From an uncultured Oscillospiraceae bacterium (lineage in GTDB: Bacteria > Bacillota > Clostridia > Christensenellales > CAG-138): a DNA stretch of 64,000 nucleotides. Positions within the stretch are counted from its first letter, which is position 1. Each line of letters starts with the position of its first letter. The notes beneath the pieces are model-generated. The model was given only the letters and a program-made list of their open reading frames with translations. It did no database searches and was not told the DNA's origin. Below, piece after piece: positions 8,955-18,333 of this stretch. The stretch covers positions 1,859 to 65,858 of the forward strand of contig CAZBBX010000009.1 of the NCBI GenBank assembly GCA_964490325.1. The letters run 5' to 3'. Made by a program: the position numbers and the translations under genes.

Positions 8955-9965
8955 ATGATCGTCGTTTTACAGGATAGTCCCACGCCTGCGGCGTGGTCGC
9001 GCTTTACGGCCTATCTGGACGGGATAGGAGTGCGCGCCGAGCGCCTGCACGGGGAGGCGGGGGAGTTTGTTGCCCTTACGGGCAGGACGGAAGCGTTGGA
9101 CGCGGAGCGCCTTAAGGCCTTTTCCTTTGTTTCGGAGCTGCTGCGCACCGATGACGCCTACCCGCTGGCAAGCCGCAAACGGCAGCCGCAAGACAGCGTG
9201 GTGCGCGCAGGCTCGGCTGCCATCGGCGGCGGCAGCCTCACGCTCATAGCGGGACCCTGCGCCGTGGAATCAGAAAAGCAGATCTGTTTGGCCGCCGAGG
9301 GTCTGCGCCTTGGCGGTGCGACGCTGCTGCGCGGCGGCGCTTTCAAGCCGCGCAGTTCGCCCTATGCCTTTCGCGGATTGGGCAAGGAGGGCCTGCGCCT
9401 GCTTGTCAAGGCGGGCAGGGAGACGGGACTGCCTGTTGTGTCCGAGATATTGGACGCCGAGGCGCTGCCCCTGTTCGACGAGGTGGATCTAATACAGGTC
9501 GGAGCGCGCAACATGCAAAATTACAGCCTGCTTCTCGCCCTTTCGCAGCAGGACAAGCCCGTCCTCTTGAAGCGCGGTCTGTCGGCGACCTACGAGGAGT
9601 GGCTTTTAAGTGCCGAGTACATCCTTTCGGGCGGCCGTGCGCAGGTCGTGCTCTGTGAGCGGGGCGAGCGCAGCTTCGAGCCGCATTGCCGCGCCACACT
9701 CGATCTTGCCGCCGTCCCCGTCATAAAGCGGCTCAGCCACCTGCCCATCTTGGTGGATCCCTCCCATGCGGCGGGAGCCGCCTATGCCGTTTTGCCCTTG
9801 GCAAGGGCGGCGGTGGCCTGCGGTGCGGACGGCGTGATGACGGAGGTGCATCCCGCGCCGGAGGAGGCGTGGAGCGACGCCGCCCAGTCCCTGACCATCG
9901 AGGCGTTCTCTGCGCTTGCAAAGCAGCTTACGGCGCTCAAGTGCTGCATCAAACAGGATGCTTGA
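8955..9965 (+). CDS. aroF: 3-deoxy-7-phosphoheptulonate (DAHP) synthase, type I-beta with N-terminal regulatory-type domain
   Basis: KDO8P/DAHP I-beta core (LIAGPCAVES, LRGGAFKPRSSPY, VDPSH). I chose the ATG at 8955 (MIVVLQ...) after GGAGGAG. The track ORF starts at 8925. Confidence 0.9.
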   Translation: MIVVLQDSPTPAAWSRFTAYLDGIGVRAERLHGEAGEFVALTGRTEALDAERLKAFSFVSELLRTDDAYPLASRKRQPQDSVVRAGSAAIGGGSLTLIAGPCAVESEKQICLAAEGLRLGGATLLRGGAFKPRSSPYAFRGLGKEGLRLLVKAGRETGLPVVSEILDAEALPLFDEVDLIQVGARNMQNYSLLLALSQQDKPVLLKRGLSATYEEWLLSAEYILSGGRAQVVLCERGERSFEPHCRATLDLAAVPVIKRLSHLPILVDPSHAAGAAYAVLPLARAAVACGADGVMTEVHPAPEEAWSDAAQSLTIEAFSALAKQLTALKCCIKQDA

Positions 9966-11040
9966 TCCGTATCTTTCCATACCCGTCCCCGTGGGGGAGG
10001 GCTATACCGTGCGCATCGGCGCGGGACTTTTGGCAGCGGCGGGGGAGCTGCTGCGCCCCGTTTTGCCAAGCTGCCGCATCGTGCTGGTGACGGATGAAAC
10101 TGTTGCGCCGCTCTATTTGGCGCGGGTAAGCGACAGCCTTGCGGCGGCAGGTTATACGCCGCTGCCCTGTATCATTCCTGCGGGCGAGGGCAGCAAGACC
10201 TTGGCGGGCTTTGGCGCGCTTATGGAGCGGTTTGCGGCGCTGAAGCTGGATCGCAGCTCGGCGGTGCTGGCGTTGGGCGGCGGCGTCACAGGCGATCTTG
10301 CGGGCTTTGCGGCGGGCTGCTACCTGCGCGGACTTCCCTTTGTTCAGCTGCCCACCACGCTGCTTGCGGCGGTGGACGCTTCGGTCGGCGGAAAATCGGG
10401 GGTGGATCTTCCCGCGGGAAAGAACCTTGTCGGCTTGATCCTGCAGCCCCGCGCCGTGCTCTGCGACACGGACTGCCTCAAGACCCTGAAAAGTGACGAG
10501 CTGCGCTGCGGCCTTGCCGAGGCGATCAAGACGGGCGTTTTGGCGGGAGAGGCGCTGTTTTCCCTTGCGGAGCAGGGCAGGGACGCGCCCATGGAGGCGC
10601 TGATCGCAGGCTGCGTTCGATTTAAGGCGGACTTGGTGACAAAGGATCCAAGGGATCTTAACGAGCGCCGACTTCTAAACCTTGGACACACGGCGGCGCA
10701 CGCCATCGAGCGCGTGAGCGGGTATACCATCCCGCACGGAAAGGCGGTGGCGATGGGGCTTGCGCTCACGCTGCGCGCCGCATACCGCTTCAGGCTTTGC
10801 AAAAAGGAGTGCGTCTTGCGCGTGGAAGCGGCGCTTCAAAAAGCGGGGCTTGCCACGGATTGTCCGTATTGTGCAAAGGAGCTGGCGGAAGCCGCTCTTT
10901 GCGACAAGAAACGGACGGGGGATACCATCGTTTTGGCGCTGCCCCACGCCATTGGAGACTGTCGCCTGACGCCTTGGAAGGCGAGTGAGCTCTCCGCTCT
11001 TTTTAACGCGGGGCTTGACCCCGTTTCGGAGGAAGTATGA
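9958..11040 (+). CDS. aroB: 3-dehydroquinate synthase
   Basis: GGGVTGDLAGFAA and LPTTLLA..D.SVGGK motifs. The ATG at 9958 overlaps the aroF stop (ATGCTTGA). Confidence 0.9.
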   Translation: MLDPYLSIPVPVGEGYTVRIGAGLLAAAGELLRPVLPSCRIVLVTDETVAPLYLARVSDSLAAAGYTPLPCIIPAGEGSKTLAGFGALMERFAALKLDRSSAVLALGGGVTGDLAGFAAGCYLRGLPFVQLPTTLLAAVDASVGGKSGVDLPAGKNLVGLILQPRAVLCDTDCLKTLKSDELRCGLAEAIKTGVLAGEALFSLAEQGRDAPMEALIAGCVRFKADLVTKDPRDLNERRLLNLGHTAAHAIERVSGYTIPHGKAVAMGLALTLRAAYRFRLCKKECVLRVEAALQKAGLATDCPYCAKELAEAALCDKKRTGDTIVLALPHAIGDCRLTPWKASELSALFNAGLDPVSEEV

Positions 11041-12299
11041 CCAATATTCGCATTTTACCCACAGCCCTTACGGGGCGGGTCAGTGCGCCGCCATCCAAAT
11101 CGGAGGCGCATCGCGCCCTGATCGCGGCGGCACTGTCCACAGCGCCCACGGCGATCAGCCTTGGCGACGGCTGTGAGGATATCGAGGCGACCAAGCGCTG
11201 CCTTATCGCGCTGGGTACGGTGACGGAGCCTGTTGTAAAGGGCTTTATCCTAAAGCGCGGGCAGGGCGTCTTTGACGAGGTGCCGCAGCTGGACTGCGGC
11301 GAGAGCGCGTCCACCCTGCGCTTTTTGCTGCCTGTGGCGGCGGCGCTGTCGGACGTGAGCAGCTTTTCGGGCAAGGCCTCCTTGGCGCGGCGTCCCATAC
11401 AGCCCCTTCTTGCGGAGCTGGCGCGGCACGGCGTGCGGGCAAGCGCAACAAAGCTACCGCTCACGTTGGGCGGAAGGCTCCGCAGCGGTGCGTATCGGCT
11501 TTCGGGGCAGCTCAGCTCCCAGTTCGTGACGGGACTGCTGTTTGCTCTGCCCATCTTGGAGGGGGACAGCACGCTCACCTTGGACGCGCCCCCCGTTTCC
11601 GCACCCTACATTCGTCTGACGCTGAGCATGCTGGAGCGCTTCCGCGTCCGCGTGACGGTCAACGAGGAGCTGACGAGCTTCTTAGTCGCAGGTGGACAGC
11701 GCTATCGCAGCCCCTCTTGGCTCACGGTGGGCGGGGACTGGTCGGCGGCGGCGTTCTTCCTTGCGGCGGGAGCCTTGGGCGGACCCGTCACGGTGACGGG
11801 CTTAACGCCGAACGGACAGGGGGACGCGGCGATCATCGGTCTGCTGCGGCGCTTCGGAGCCAAGATCCGCGTTGCAGGCGATGCGGTGACGGTGGAAAGG
11901 GGCGATCTGACAGGCTGCTCGATGGATTTGACGGGGCAGCCCGACCTCCTGCCGCCTTTGGCGATCGTGGCGGCGTGTGCGCAGGGTGAAAGCAGCTTTA
12001 CGGGAGCGGCGCGCCTGCGCCTCAAGGAAAGCGATCGACTTCGCGCCCTCTGCGAGCTGATCAACGGCTTGGGCGGCAGCGCAGCGGAGACCTCCGATGG
12101 GCTCATCGTGGGGGGCGGCGGCCTGCGCGGCGGCGCGGCGGACAGCCACGGCGATCACCGCATTGCAATGGCGGCAAGCTTGGCTGCCACGGCCTGCAAG
12201 GATCCCGTGCTTGTGACCAACGCGAACGTGGTGGATAAGTCCTACCCCGCTTTTTATACGGAGTACGCCGCGTTGGGAGGGCAGTACCATGTCCTCTGA
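11037..12299 (+). CDS. aroA: 3-phosphoshikimate 1-carboxyvinyltransferase (EPSP synthase)
   Basis: 420-aa ORF with PPSKSEAHRALIAAAL and LRLKESDR motifs. ATGA overlap with aroB. Confidence 0.93.
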   Translation: MTNIRILPTALTGRVSAPPSKSEAHRALIAAALSTAPTAISLGDGCEDIEATKRCLIALGTVTEPVVKGFILKRGQGVFDEVPQLDCGESASTLRFLLPVAAALSDVSSFSGKASLARRPIQPLLAELARHGVRASATKLPLTLGGRLRSGAYRLSGQLSSQFVTGLLFALPILEGDSTLTLDAPPVSAPYIRLTLSMLERFRVRVTVNEELTSFLVAGGQRYRSPSWLTVGGDWSAAAFFLAAGALGGPVTVTGLTPNGQGDAAIIGLLRRFGAKIRVAGDAVTVERGDLTGCSMDLTGQPDLLPPLAIVAACAQGESSFTGAARLRLKESDRLRALCELINGLGGSAAETSDGLIVGGGGLRGGAADSHGDHRIAMAASLAATACKDPVLVTNANVVDKSYPAFYTEYAALGGQYHVL

Positions 12300-13380
12300 G
12301 CTTGGACGCCTTCTCAAACTGACTCTGTTTGGCGAATCCCATGGCGCGGCCGTAGGCGCAGTGCTCAGCGGCCTGCCGTCGGGGGAGCGCATCGACAGGG
12401 ACGCCCTTAGGCGGCTGCTGGTGCGGCGCAGCGCGGCGGGGGAGCTTGCAAGCGGCAGGCGCGAGAGCGACAGCGTCCGCTTCCTTTCGGGCGTGCGCGA
12501 CGGAGCAACGACGGGAACGCCCCTTTGCCTCGTCATCGACAATGAGGACGCAAGACCCGCCGACTATGCAAAGCTCCAAACGCGTCCCCGCCCGGGACAC
12601 GCCGATCTTGCGGCGATCTGCCTTTACGGGAAGCAGGCCGACTTGGCGGGCGGCGGACATTTTTCAGGCAGGCTCACCGCGCCCCTTTGCGCGGCGGGAG
12701 GGATCGCCTTACAAATTTTAGCGCGGCGCGGCATTGTGATCGCGGCGCACCTTGACAGCGCGTCGGACGTGCATGACGCGCCCTTTCCCCCTTCACCCGA
12801 GGCAAAGCTGTTGACGACCCTGCTCCAAAAGCCCTTTCCCGTCTTGGACGACGATGCGGGAGCGCGTATGCGGGACAGGCTGCGCACCGCAAAGGAAGCG
12901 GGGGACAGCGTGGGCGGCGTCGTCGAGTGCGCCGCCGTGGGCGTGGAGGCGGGCTTGGGCGGCCCCCTGTTCGACGGTGTGGAGAGCCGCCTGTCCGAGG
13001 CGCTCTTTGGCATCCCCGCCGTCAAGGGCGTGGAGTTTGGCGCGGGCTTTGCGGCGGCAAGCCTGTTAGGATCGCAGAACAACGATCCCTTTTATTTAGA
13101 CGAAACGGGGCGGGTGCGCACCCGCGGCAACCATGCGGGCGGCATACTGGGCGGCGTCACGAACGGCGAGGCGCTTGTTGTGCGCGTGGCGGTCAAGCCC
13201 ACACCCTCCATCGGAAAGACGCAGGATACCTTGGATCTCACGGACGGACAGGTCAAGCCCCTGTCGATCGGCGGTCGGCACGACCCCTGCGTTGCGCTGC
13301 GCGCCGTACCCGTGGTGGAGGCGTGCTGCGCCTTTGTCATTTTGGACATGCTGACGGAATGGGAGGGAAGAAGACCATGA
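12289..13380 (+). CDS. aroC: chorismate synthase
   Basis: 363-aa ORF with FGESHG, RPGHAD and GRHDPC motifs. Overlaps the aroA end by 11 nt. Confidence 0.93.
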   Translation: MSSELGRLLKLTLFGESHGAAVGAVLSGLPSGERIDRDALRRLLVRRSAAGELASGRRESDSVRFLSGVRDGATTGTPLCLVIDNEDARPADYAKLQTRPRPGHADLAAICLYGKQADLAGGGHFSGRLTAPLCAAGGIALQILARRGIVIAAHLDSASDVHDAPFPPSPEAKLLTTLLQKPFPVLDDDAGARMRDRLRTAKEAGDSVGGVVECAAVGVEAGLGGPLFDGVESRLSEALFGIPAVKGVEFGAGFAAASLLGSQNNDPFYLDETGRVRTRGNHAGGILGGVTNGEALVVRVAVKPTPSIGKTQDTLDLTDGQVKPLSIGGRHDPCVALRAVPVVEACCAFVILDMLTEWEGRRP

Positions 13381-13631
13381 ACGCCGAGATGGAGGAACTG
13401 CGCGACAGCATCGACGCCACCGACGCCAAGCTTTTGGCGCTCTTTGACGAACGGATGCGCCTTTGCGAACGCATCGGACAGCTAAAGCGCCAAGAGGGGG
13501 AGCCGCTCGTACAGTCGGAGCGCGAGGCACAGGTGCTGTCCCATGCGGCGGCAAGCGCCTATCCGACAAGTGCGCGCCGCTTCCTTGCGGAGCTGATCGC
13601 CCTGTCCCGTTCCCTGCAGGAGCAGCCGTGA
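13377..13631 (+). CDS. chorismate mutase (AroQ-class, all-helical)
   Basis: 84-aa in-frame tail of track ORF 12927-13631, from ATG 13377: MNAEMEELRDSIDATDAKLLALFDERMRLCERIGQLKR... This is the typical CM_2 N-terminus. ATGA overlap with aroC. Confidence 0.8.
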   Translation: MNAEMEELRDSIDATDAKLLALFDERMRLCERIGQLKRQEGEPLVQSEREAQVLSHAAASAYPTSARRFLAELIALSRSLQEQP

Positions 13632-14869
13632 GCGGGGGCGCGTCCATCTACGGACTGATCGGCGGCAGGCTTACGCACAGCCTGTCCGTTCCCCTGCATC
13701 GGGCCTTGGGCAACGAGACCTATCGCTTGATCGAGCTGAAGCCCGATGAGCTGGAGCCTTTCCTGCGCCGACCGGAGCTTTGCGGGGTCAACGTGACCCT
13801 TCCCTACAAGCGGACGGTGCTGCCCTATTTGGACGAGCTTACCAAGGAGGCGGCGATGATCGGCAGCGTCAACACCATCCTGCGGCGGGACGGACGGCTC
13901 ATCGGCTGCAACACCGATGCGTACGGCTTAGACTATCTTTTGCAGCGGACGGGGCTGACGCTTTCCAAACGAGACACGCGCATCTTCGGCACGGGGGGCG
14001 CGGCGCGAACGGCGGCGTACCTGGCGCGGCGGCAGGGGGCAAGGCGCGTGACGCTCGTTTCCCATGCGCAGCTTGCGGCGGGACTTGCGGCGGACGACAC
14101 GGCGGAGATCCTTCTTAACGCCACGCCGCTGGGCATGTACCCACATACGGAGGGCTTGCCTGCGGATCCGACGGCGTTTCCGCGCTGCACGGGGGTGATC
14201 GATTTGGTGTACAATCCCCTGCGCACGCGCTTTTTGCAGGCTGCGGAGGCGGCGGGACTGCCCTGCGCAAACGGACTTGGAATGCTGGCGGCGCAGGCCA
14301 AGGCCGCGCACGAGCTGTTTTTTGACTGTTCCCTGCCCGAAACGGAGAACGAGCGCCTGTATCGCCTGCTTTTGCAAAGGCAAACGGATATTGTGCTCAT
14401 CGGAATGGGGGGAGCGGGGAAAAGTACCATTGGCCGCCTCTTGGCGCAGCGCAGCGGCCGCGAATTTTTCGACACGGACGAGCTGATCGCCTCGGAGGCG
14501 GGGCAGAGCATTCCCGCGCTCTTTGCCGCAGAGGGGGAGGCGGGCTTTCGCATAAGGGAGAAAGCGCTCCTTCGCCGCCTGATGACGGGGGGCGGACGCG
14601 TGATCGCCACAGGCGGCGGCGCCGTTTTGGACGCGGAGAATCGCCTGCTGCTCAAACAGAACGCCCGCGTGTATCACATCGAGCGCGCCACGGAGCTGCT
14701 TTGTGTCGAGGGAAGGCCGCTGTATGCGGGAGCGGATCTTGCCGCGCTGTACCGGGCGCGGCTGCCCTTCTACAGGCAGTGCCGCGATCAAAGCATCATA
14801 AACAACGCCACGCCCCTTGCGGCGGCGGAGGCGATCGGGAGGGATATGGATGCGTATCTTGGTGCTTGA
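13628..14869 (+). CDS. aroE: bifunctional shikimate dehydrogenase / shikimate kinase
   Basis: The N-terminal half is AroE-like (GVNVTLPYK, NTD). The C-terminal half carries the shikimate kinase P-loop (IVLIGMGGAGKSTIGRLLA...DTD). GTG start at 13628 overlaps the CM stop (GTGA). The track ORF is extended upstream. Confidence 0.85.
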   Translation: MSGGASIYGLIGGRLTHSLSVPLHRALGNETYRLIELKPDELEPFLRRPELCGVNVTLPYKRTVLPYLDELTKEAAMIGSVNTILRRDGRLIGCNTDAYGLDYLLQRTGLTLSKRDTRIFGTGGAARTAAYLARRQGARRVTLVSHAQLAAGLAADDTAEILLNATPLGMYPHTEGLPADPTAFPRCTGVIDLVYNPLRTRFLQAAEAAGLPCANGLGMLAAQAKAAHELFFDCSLPETENERLYRLLLQRQTDIVLIGMGGAGKSTIGRLLAQRSGREFFDTDELIASEAGQSIPALFAAEGEAGFRIREKALLRRLMTGGGRVIATGGGAVLDAENRLLLKQNARVYHIERATELLCVEGRPLYAGADLAALYRARLPFYRQCRDQSIINNATPLAAAEAIGRDMDAYLGA

Positions 14870-15329
14870 CGGACCGAACATGAACCTTTTGGGACGGCGC
14901 GAGCCGAAGCTGTATGGCACGCAGGACTATGCCGCGCTGCGGTCCTATGTGCAGCGAACGGCGGAGGAGCTGGGCGTGACGGTGGAGCTTTTGCAGTCCA
15001 ACCACGAGGGTGCGCTGGTGGACGCCATACAGGACGCAGCGGACGCGTTTGACGGTATCCTTCTTAACCCCGCCGCGTACACGCACACGAGCATTGCCAT
15101 CCGCGACGCCCTGCTTGCGGTGGGGCTGCCCACCGTGGAGGTGCATCTGACGGATCTAAAGCGGCGCGAGCTGTTCCGCCGCGTGTCCTATGTGCGCACG
15201 GCCTGCCTTGCCACGGTGCAGGGCAAGGGCTTTGCCTCCTACGGCGAGGGGCTGCGGCTGCTCGTCAAGGCCATCGAGAAAAACGGAAAGGTCTCGGCGC
15301 GGGTTGACTTCAACGGCGGGACATACTAA
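14850..15329 (+). CDS. aroQ: type II 3-dehydroquinate dehydratase
   Basis: MRILVLDGPNMNLLGRREPKLYG...NHEG...NPAAYTHTS. The ATG at 14850 overlaps the 3' end of aroE/K. Confidence 0.9.
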   Translation: MRILVLDGPNMNLLGRREPKLYGTQDYAALRSYVQRTAEELGVTVELLQSNHEGALVDAIQDAADAFDGILLNPAAYTHTSIAIRDALLAVGLPTVEVHLTDLKRRELFRRVSYVRTACLATVQGKGFASYGEGLRLLVKAIEKNGKVSARVDFNGGTY

Positions 15330-15371
15330 AATAAAGGCGACGACCGATAAAGAAAGGATAAGCAGAAACGA

Positions 15372-16220
15372 ATGTATCGCATCATCAGCAAGGAGAGCCT
15401 GAATCCCACCGTTACGCGGATGGAGATCGAGGCGCCCGCCATAGCGCGCAAGGCGGAGCCGGGACAGTTCGTCATCCTGCGCGTGGACGAGGAGGGCGAG
15501 CGCATCCCTCTGACCGTGGCGGACTATGACCGTGAGCGCGGCGCCGTCACCGTTATCTTTCAGATCGTGGGGGCGACCACCGAACGCCTCAACCACAAGA
15601 ATGCGGGGGAGTACATCAAAGATTTTGTGGGGCCGCTGGGCAAGCCCACCGAGACGGAGGGGCTAAGAAAGGTCGCCGTCATAGGCGGCGGCGTGGGCTG
15701 CGCCATCGCGTTCCCCGTGGCAAAGAAGCTGCATGAGCAGGGCACGATGGTACATTCCGTGGTGGGCTTCCGCACCAAGGAGCTGGTCATCTTAGAAAAG
15801 GAATTTAGCGCCGTGTCGGACGAGCTTAGGCTCATGTCGGACGACGGGAGCTGCGGCACAAAGGGACTGGTCACGGACGCGCTCAAGGCGCTCATCGAGG
15901 CGGGCAACGCCTATGACGAGGTCATCGCCATCGGCCCCTTGATCATGATGAAATTCATCTGCCGCCTGACCAAGACCTACGGCATCAAGACGGTCGTGAG
16001 CATGAACTCCATCATGATCGACGGTACGGGCATGTGCGGCTGCTGCCGCCTGACGGTCGGCGGCAAGACGCGTTTTGCCTGCGTGGACGGCCCCGATTTC
16101 GACGGTCACGAGGTGGATTTTGACGAGACCATGGCGCGGGCAACGGCGTATCGCGATTTCGAGCGCCGCGCCCACGAGGAGGTCTGCAATCTGTTCCAAA
16201 AGGAAAAGGAGGCGCGCTGA
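15372..16220 (+). CDS. nfnA: sulfide/dihydroorotate dehydrogenase-like FAD/NAD-binding subunit (NfnA-type)
   Basis: 282-aa ORF with a ferredoxin-NADP reductase-like fold and a C-terminal 2Fe-2S Cys cluster (GTGMCGCCRL...FACVDGP). Paired with the gltD-like gene downstream. Confidence 0.75.
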   Translation: MYRIISKESLNPTVTRMEIEAPAIARKAEPGQFVILRVDEEGERIPLTVADYDRERGAVTVIFQIVGATTERLNHKNAGEYIKDFVGPLGKPTETEGLRKVAVIGGGVGCAIAFPVAKKLHEQGTMVHSVVGFRTKELVILEKEFSAVSDELRLMSDDGSCGTKGLVTDALKALIEAGNAYDEVIAIGPLIMMKFICRLTKTYGIKTVVSMNSIMIDGTGMCGCCRLTVGGKTRFACVDGPDFDGHEVDFDETMARATAYRDFERRAHEEVCNLFQKEKEAR

Positions 16221-16222
16221 AT

Positions 16223-17608
16223 ATGCCCAACATGTCGCTAAAAAAGAATGCCATGCCCACGCAGGACGCCGAAACGCGCAGCCACAACTTTCAAGAGGTG
16301 GCGCTGGGCTACGAGGAGCAGATCGCCTTGGACGAGGCGGAGCGCTGCCTGCACTGCAAGAACAAGCCCTGCGTACAGGGCTGCCCCGTCAACATCGACA
16401 TCCCCGCCTTTATCGCGGAGGTCAAAAAGGGCGACTACGAAGCCGCCTATCAGGTCATCAACCGCTCCAGCAGCCTGCCCGCCGTGTGCGGCCGCGTCTG
16501 CCCGCAGGAATCGCAGTGCGAAAAATACTGCGTGCGGGGCGTCAAGGGCGAGCCTGTGGGAATAGGGCGCTTGGAGCGCTTCGTTGCGGACAGGCACAAC
16601 GCGCTTGCCGCGGGCGAAACCGAAAGACCCGCGCCCAACGGCCATCGCGTGGCGGTCGTAGGCTCCGGCCCCGCAGGTCTGACCTGCGCAGGCGACCTTG
16701 CCAAGAAGGGCTACGCGGTCACGGTGTTCGAGGCGCTGCACTTGGCGGGGGGCGTGCTGGTCTACGGCATCCCCGAGTTCCGTCTGCCCAAGGCCATCGT
16801 GCGCCGCGAGATCGAAAACCTCAAGGCGTTGGGCGTTCAAGTGGAGACCAACATGGTCATCGGCAAGACCCTTTCCGTGGATGAGCTGATGGAGCAGGGC
16901 TACGAGGCCGTGTTCATCGGTTCGGGCGCGGGGCTGCCCCGCTTCATGGGCATCGAGGGCGAGAACCTCAAGGGCGTGTATTCCGCCAACGAGTTTCTCA
17001 CCCGCGTCAACCTTATGAAGGCCTACAAGGCGGACGCGCAGACGCCCGTGCTGCGCGCCAAGCGCGTGGCTGTGGTGGGCGGCGGCAACGTGGCCATGGA
17101 CGCGGCGCGCTGCGCCAAGCGCTTAGGCGCCGAGGAGGTCACCATCGTCTATCGCCGTTCCCTTACCGAGCTTCCCGCCCGTAAGGAGGAGGTCGAGCAT
17201 GCGATGGAGGAGGGCGTGATCTTCAAGCTGCTCAACAACCCCAAGCGCATCTTGGGCGATGAGCAGCGCAATGTAGTCGGCATGGAGTGCTTGGAGATGA
17301 CGCTTGGCGAGCCGGACGCATCGGGACGCCGCCGTCCCGTGGAGAAGGCGGGCAGCGAGTTCATGCTGGACGTGGACGCGGTCATCATCGCCATAGGCAC
17401 CTCGCCCAATCCGCTCATCAAGTCCACCACTAAGGGCTTGGACACGCAAAGCTGGGGCGGCATCGTTGCAGACGAAGCAACGGGGCAGACCTCGCGCAAG
17501 GGCGTGTACGCGGGCGGCGACGCCGTAACGGGGGCTGCAACGGTCATCTTGGCGATGGGCGCGGGCAAGTCCGCGGCAGCGGCCATCGACGCGCAGCTGA
17601 TGGGCTGA
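16223..17608 (+). CDS. nfnB: NADPH-dependent glutamate synthase beta-chain-like oxidoreductase (NfnB-type)
   Basis: 461-aa ORF with two 4Fe-4S Cys motifs (CLHCKNKPC..GCP, CGRVCPQESQCE) and two dinucleotide folds (VAVVGSGPAGL, VAVVGGGNVAMD). Confidence 0.8.
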   Translation: MPNMSLKKNAMPTQDAETRSHNFQEVALGYEEQIALDEAERCLHCKNKPCVQGCPVNIDIPAFIAEVKKGDYEAAYQVINRSSSLPAVCGRVCPQESQCEKYCVRGVKGEPVGIGRLERFVADRHNALAAGETERPAPNGHRVAVVGSGPAGLTCAGDLAKKGYAVTVFEALHLAGGVLVYGIPEFRLPKAIVRREIENLKALGVQVETNMVIGKTLSVDELMEQGYEAVFIGSGAGLPRFMGIEGENLKGVYSANEFLTRVNLMKAYKADAQTPVLRAKRVAVVGGGNVAMDAARCAKRLGAEEVTIVYRRSLTELPARKEEVEHAMEEGVIFKLLNNPKRILGDEQRNVVGMECLEMTLGEPDASGRRRPVEKAGSEFMLDVDAVIIAIGTSPNPLIKSTTKGLDTQSWGGIVADEATGQTSRKGVYAGGDAVTGAATVILAMGAGKSAAAAIDAQLMG

Positions 17609-17634
17609 TCCTAACAAGTATACTATTCGCATAA

Positions 17635-17655
17635 CGGGACGCGGCAGCGCCCCGC
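17635..17655 (+). repeat. left copy of a 21-nt direct repeat (terminator hairpin without T-run)
   Basis: CGGGACGCGGCAGCGCCCCGC is identical to 17858-17878. Confidence 0.9.
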
Positions 17656-17857
17656 GGATCCGTCAAAAAACGCAGTTTTTTGACGGGGCTGCTGCGGCAG
17701 GGCTTTCTCTTGCCCCTTTGGAGACCCAAAGCGGCAAGCAAGGTGTCGTAACCGCCGCGCATGTCGCCGGTTACGACGGATCGGATGGTTATTCCCTTGT
17801 TTGTTCCCTTGTCGGATCGACAGAGCGATCCGACGGTTGCTCTATTTGACAGGGTGG
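17656..17857 (+). repeat. multi-hairpin intergenic repeat element, copy 1
   Basis: Contains hairpin H1 CGTCAAAAAACGCAGTTTTTTGACG (17661-17685), H2 CTTGCCCCTTTGG-agac-CCAAAGCGGCAAG (17709-17738) and H4 GTCGGATCG-acagag-CGATCCGAC (17811-17834). The same module order recurs at 22779-22996 (inverted) and 41735-42185. Confidence 0.85.
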
Positions 17858-17884
17858 CGGGACGCGGCAGCGCCCCGCTTTTTT
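17858..17884 (+). terminator. rho-independent terminator (right copy of the 21-nt direct repeat plus T-run)
   Basis: CGGGaCGC-ggca-GCGcCCCG hairpin followed by CTTTTTT. Confidence 0.65.
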
Positions 17885-17895
17885 GTAAATTCTCC

Positions 17896-17926
17896 TTGAC
17901 AAACCGTATTATCCGTACTATAGTAC
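17896..17926 (+). promoter_or_regulatory. promoter (TTGACA-17-TATAGT) with overlapping 12-bp palindrome GTACTATAGTAC, a candidate YtrA/GntR operator
   Basis: TTGACA at 17896-17901, TATAGT at 17919-24, perfect palindrome at 17915-17926. Lies immediately upstream of the GntR gene. Confidence 0.55.
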
Positions 17927-17952
17927 AGTATACACTTTGGGGAGGTGAAGGA

Positions 17953-18333
17953 ATGATCGAGATCGACAGATATTCGCGAACTTCCATCTACGAGCAGCTT
18001 GTGGTGCAGATCGAGCAGGACATTCATAGGAACGTCCTGCCGTCCGGTGCGGCGCTGCCCTCCGTGCGCAGCCTGTCCGTACAGCTGAACATCAACCCCA
18101 ACACCGTTCAGAAGGCCTATTCAGAGCTGGAAAAACGGGGTCTTTGTTACGCTGTACCGGGCAGCGGCCGCTATGTAACGGAGATGGCGCAGCGCATCGA
18201 TCAAACGCAGCAGCGGGAGCTGACGGAGGCTCTTATGGCTCTGTGCCGCCGTTGGGCGGACGCGGGGAGGAGCAAGGAGCAGCTCATCGAACAGATCCAA
18301 AGAACAGATATGAACGGAGGGATGAGCCTATGA
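17953..18333 (+). CDS. GntR family transcriptional regulator (YtrA subfamily)
   Basis: 126 aa from ATG 17953 after GGAGGTGAAGGA. Winged-HTH block IYEQLVVQIEQDI..LPSVRSLSVQLNINPNTVQKAYSELEKRG. Short C-terminus typical of the YtrA type. Confidence 0.85.
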   Translation: MIEIDRYSRTSIYEQLVVQIEQDIHRNVLPSGAALPSVRSLSVQLNINPNTVQKAYSELEKRGLCYAVPGSGRYVTEMAQRIDQTQQRELTEALMALCRRWADAGRSKEQLIEQIQRTDMNGGMSL

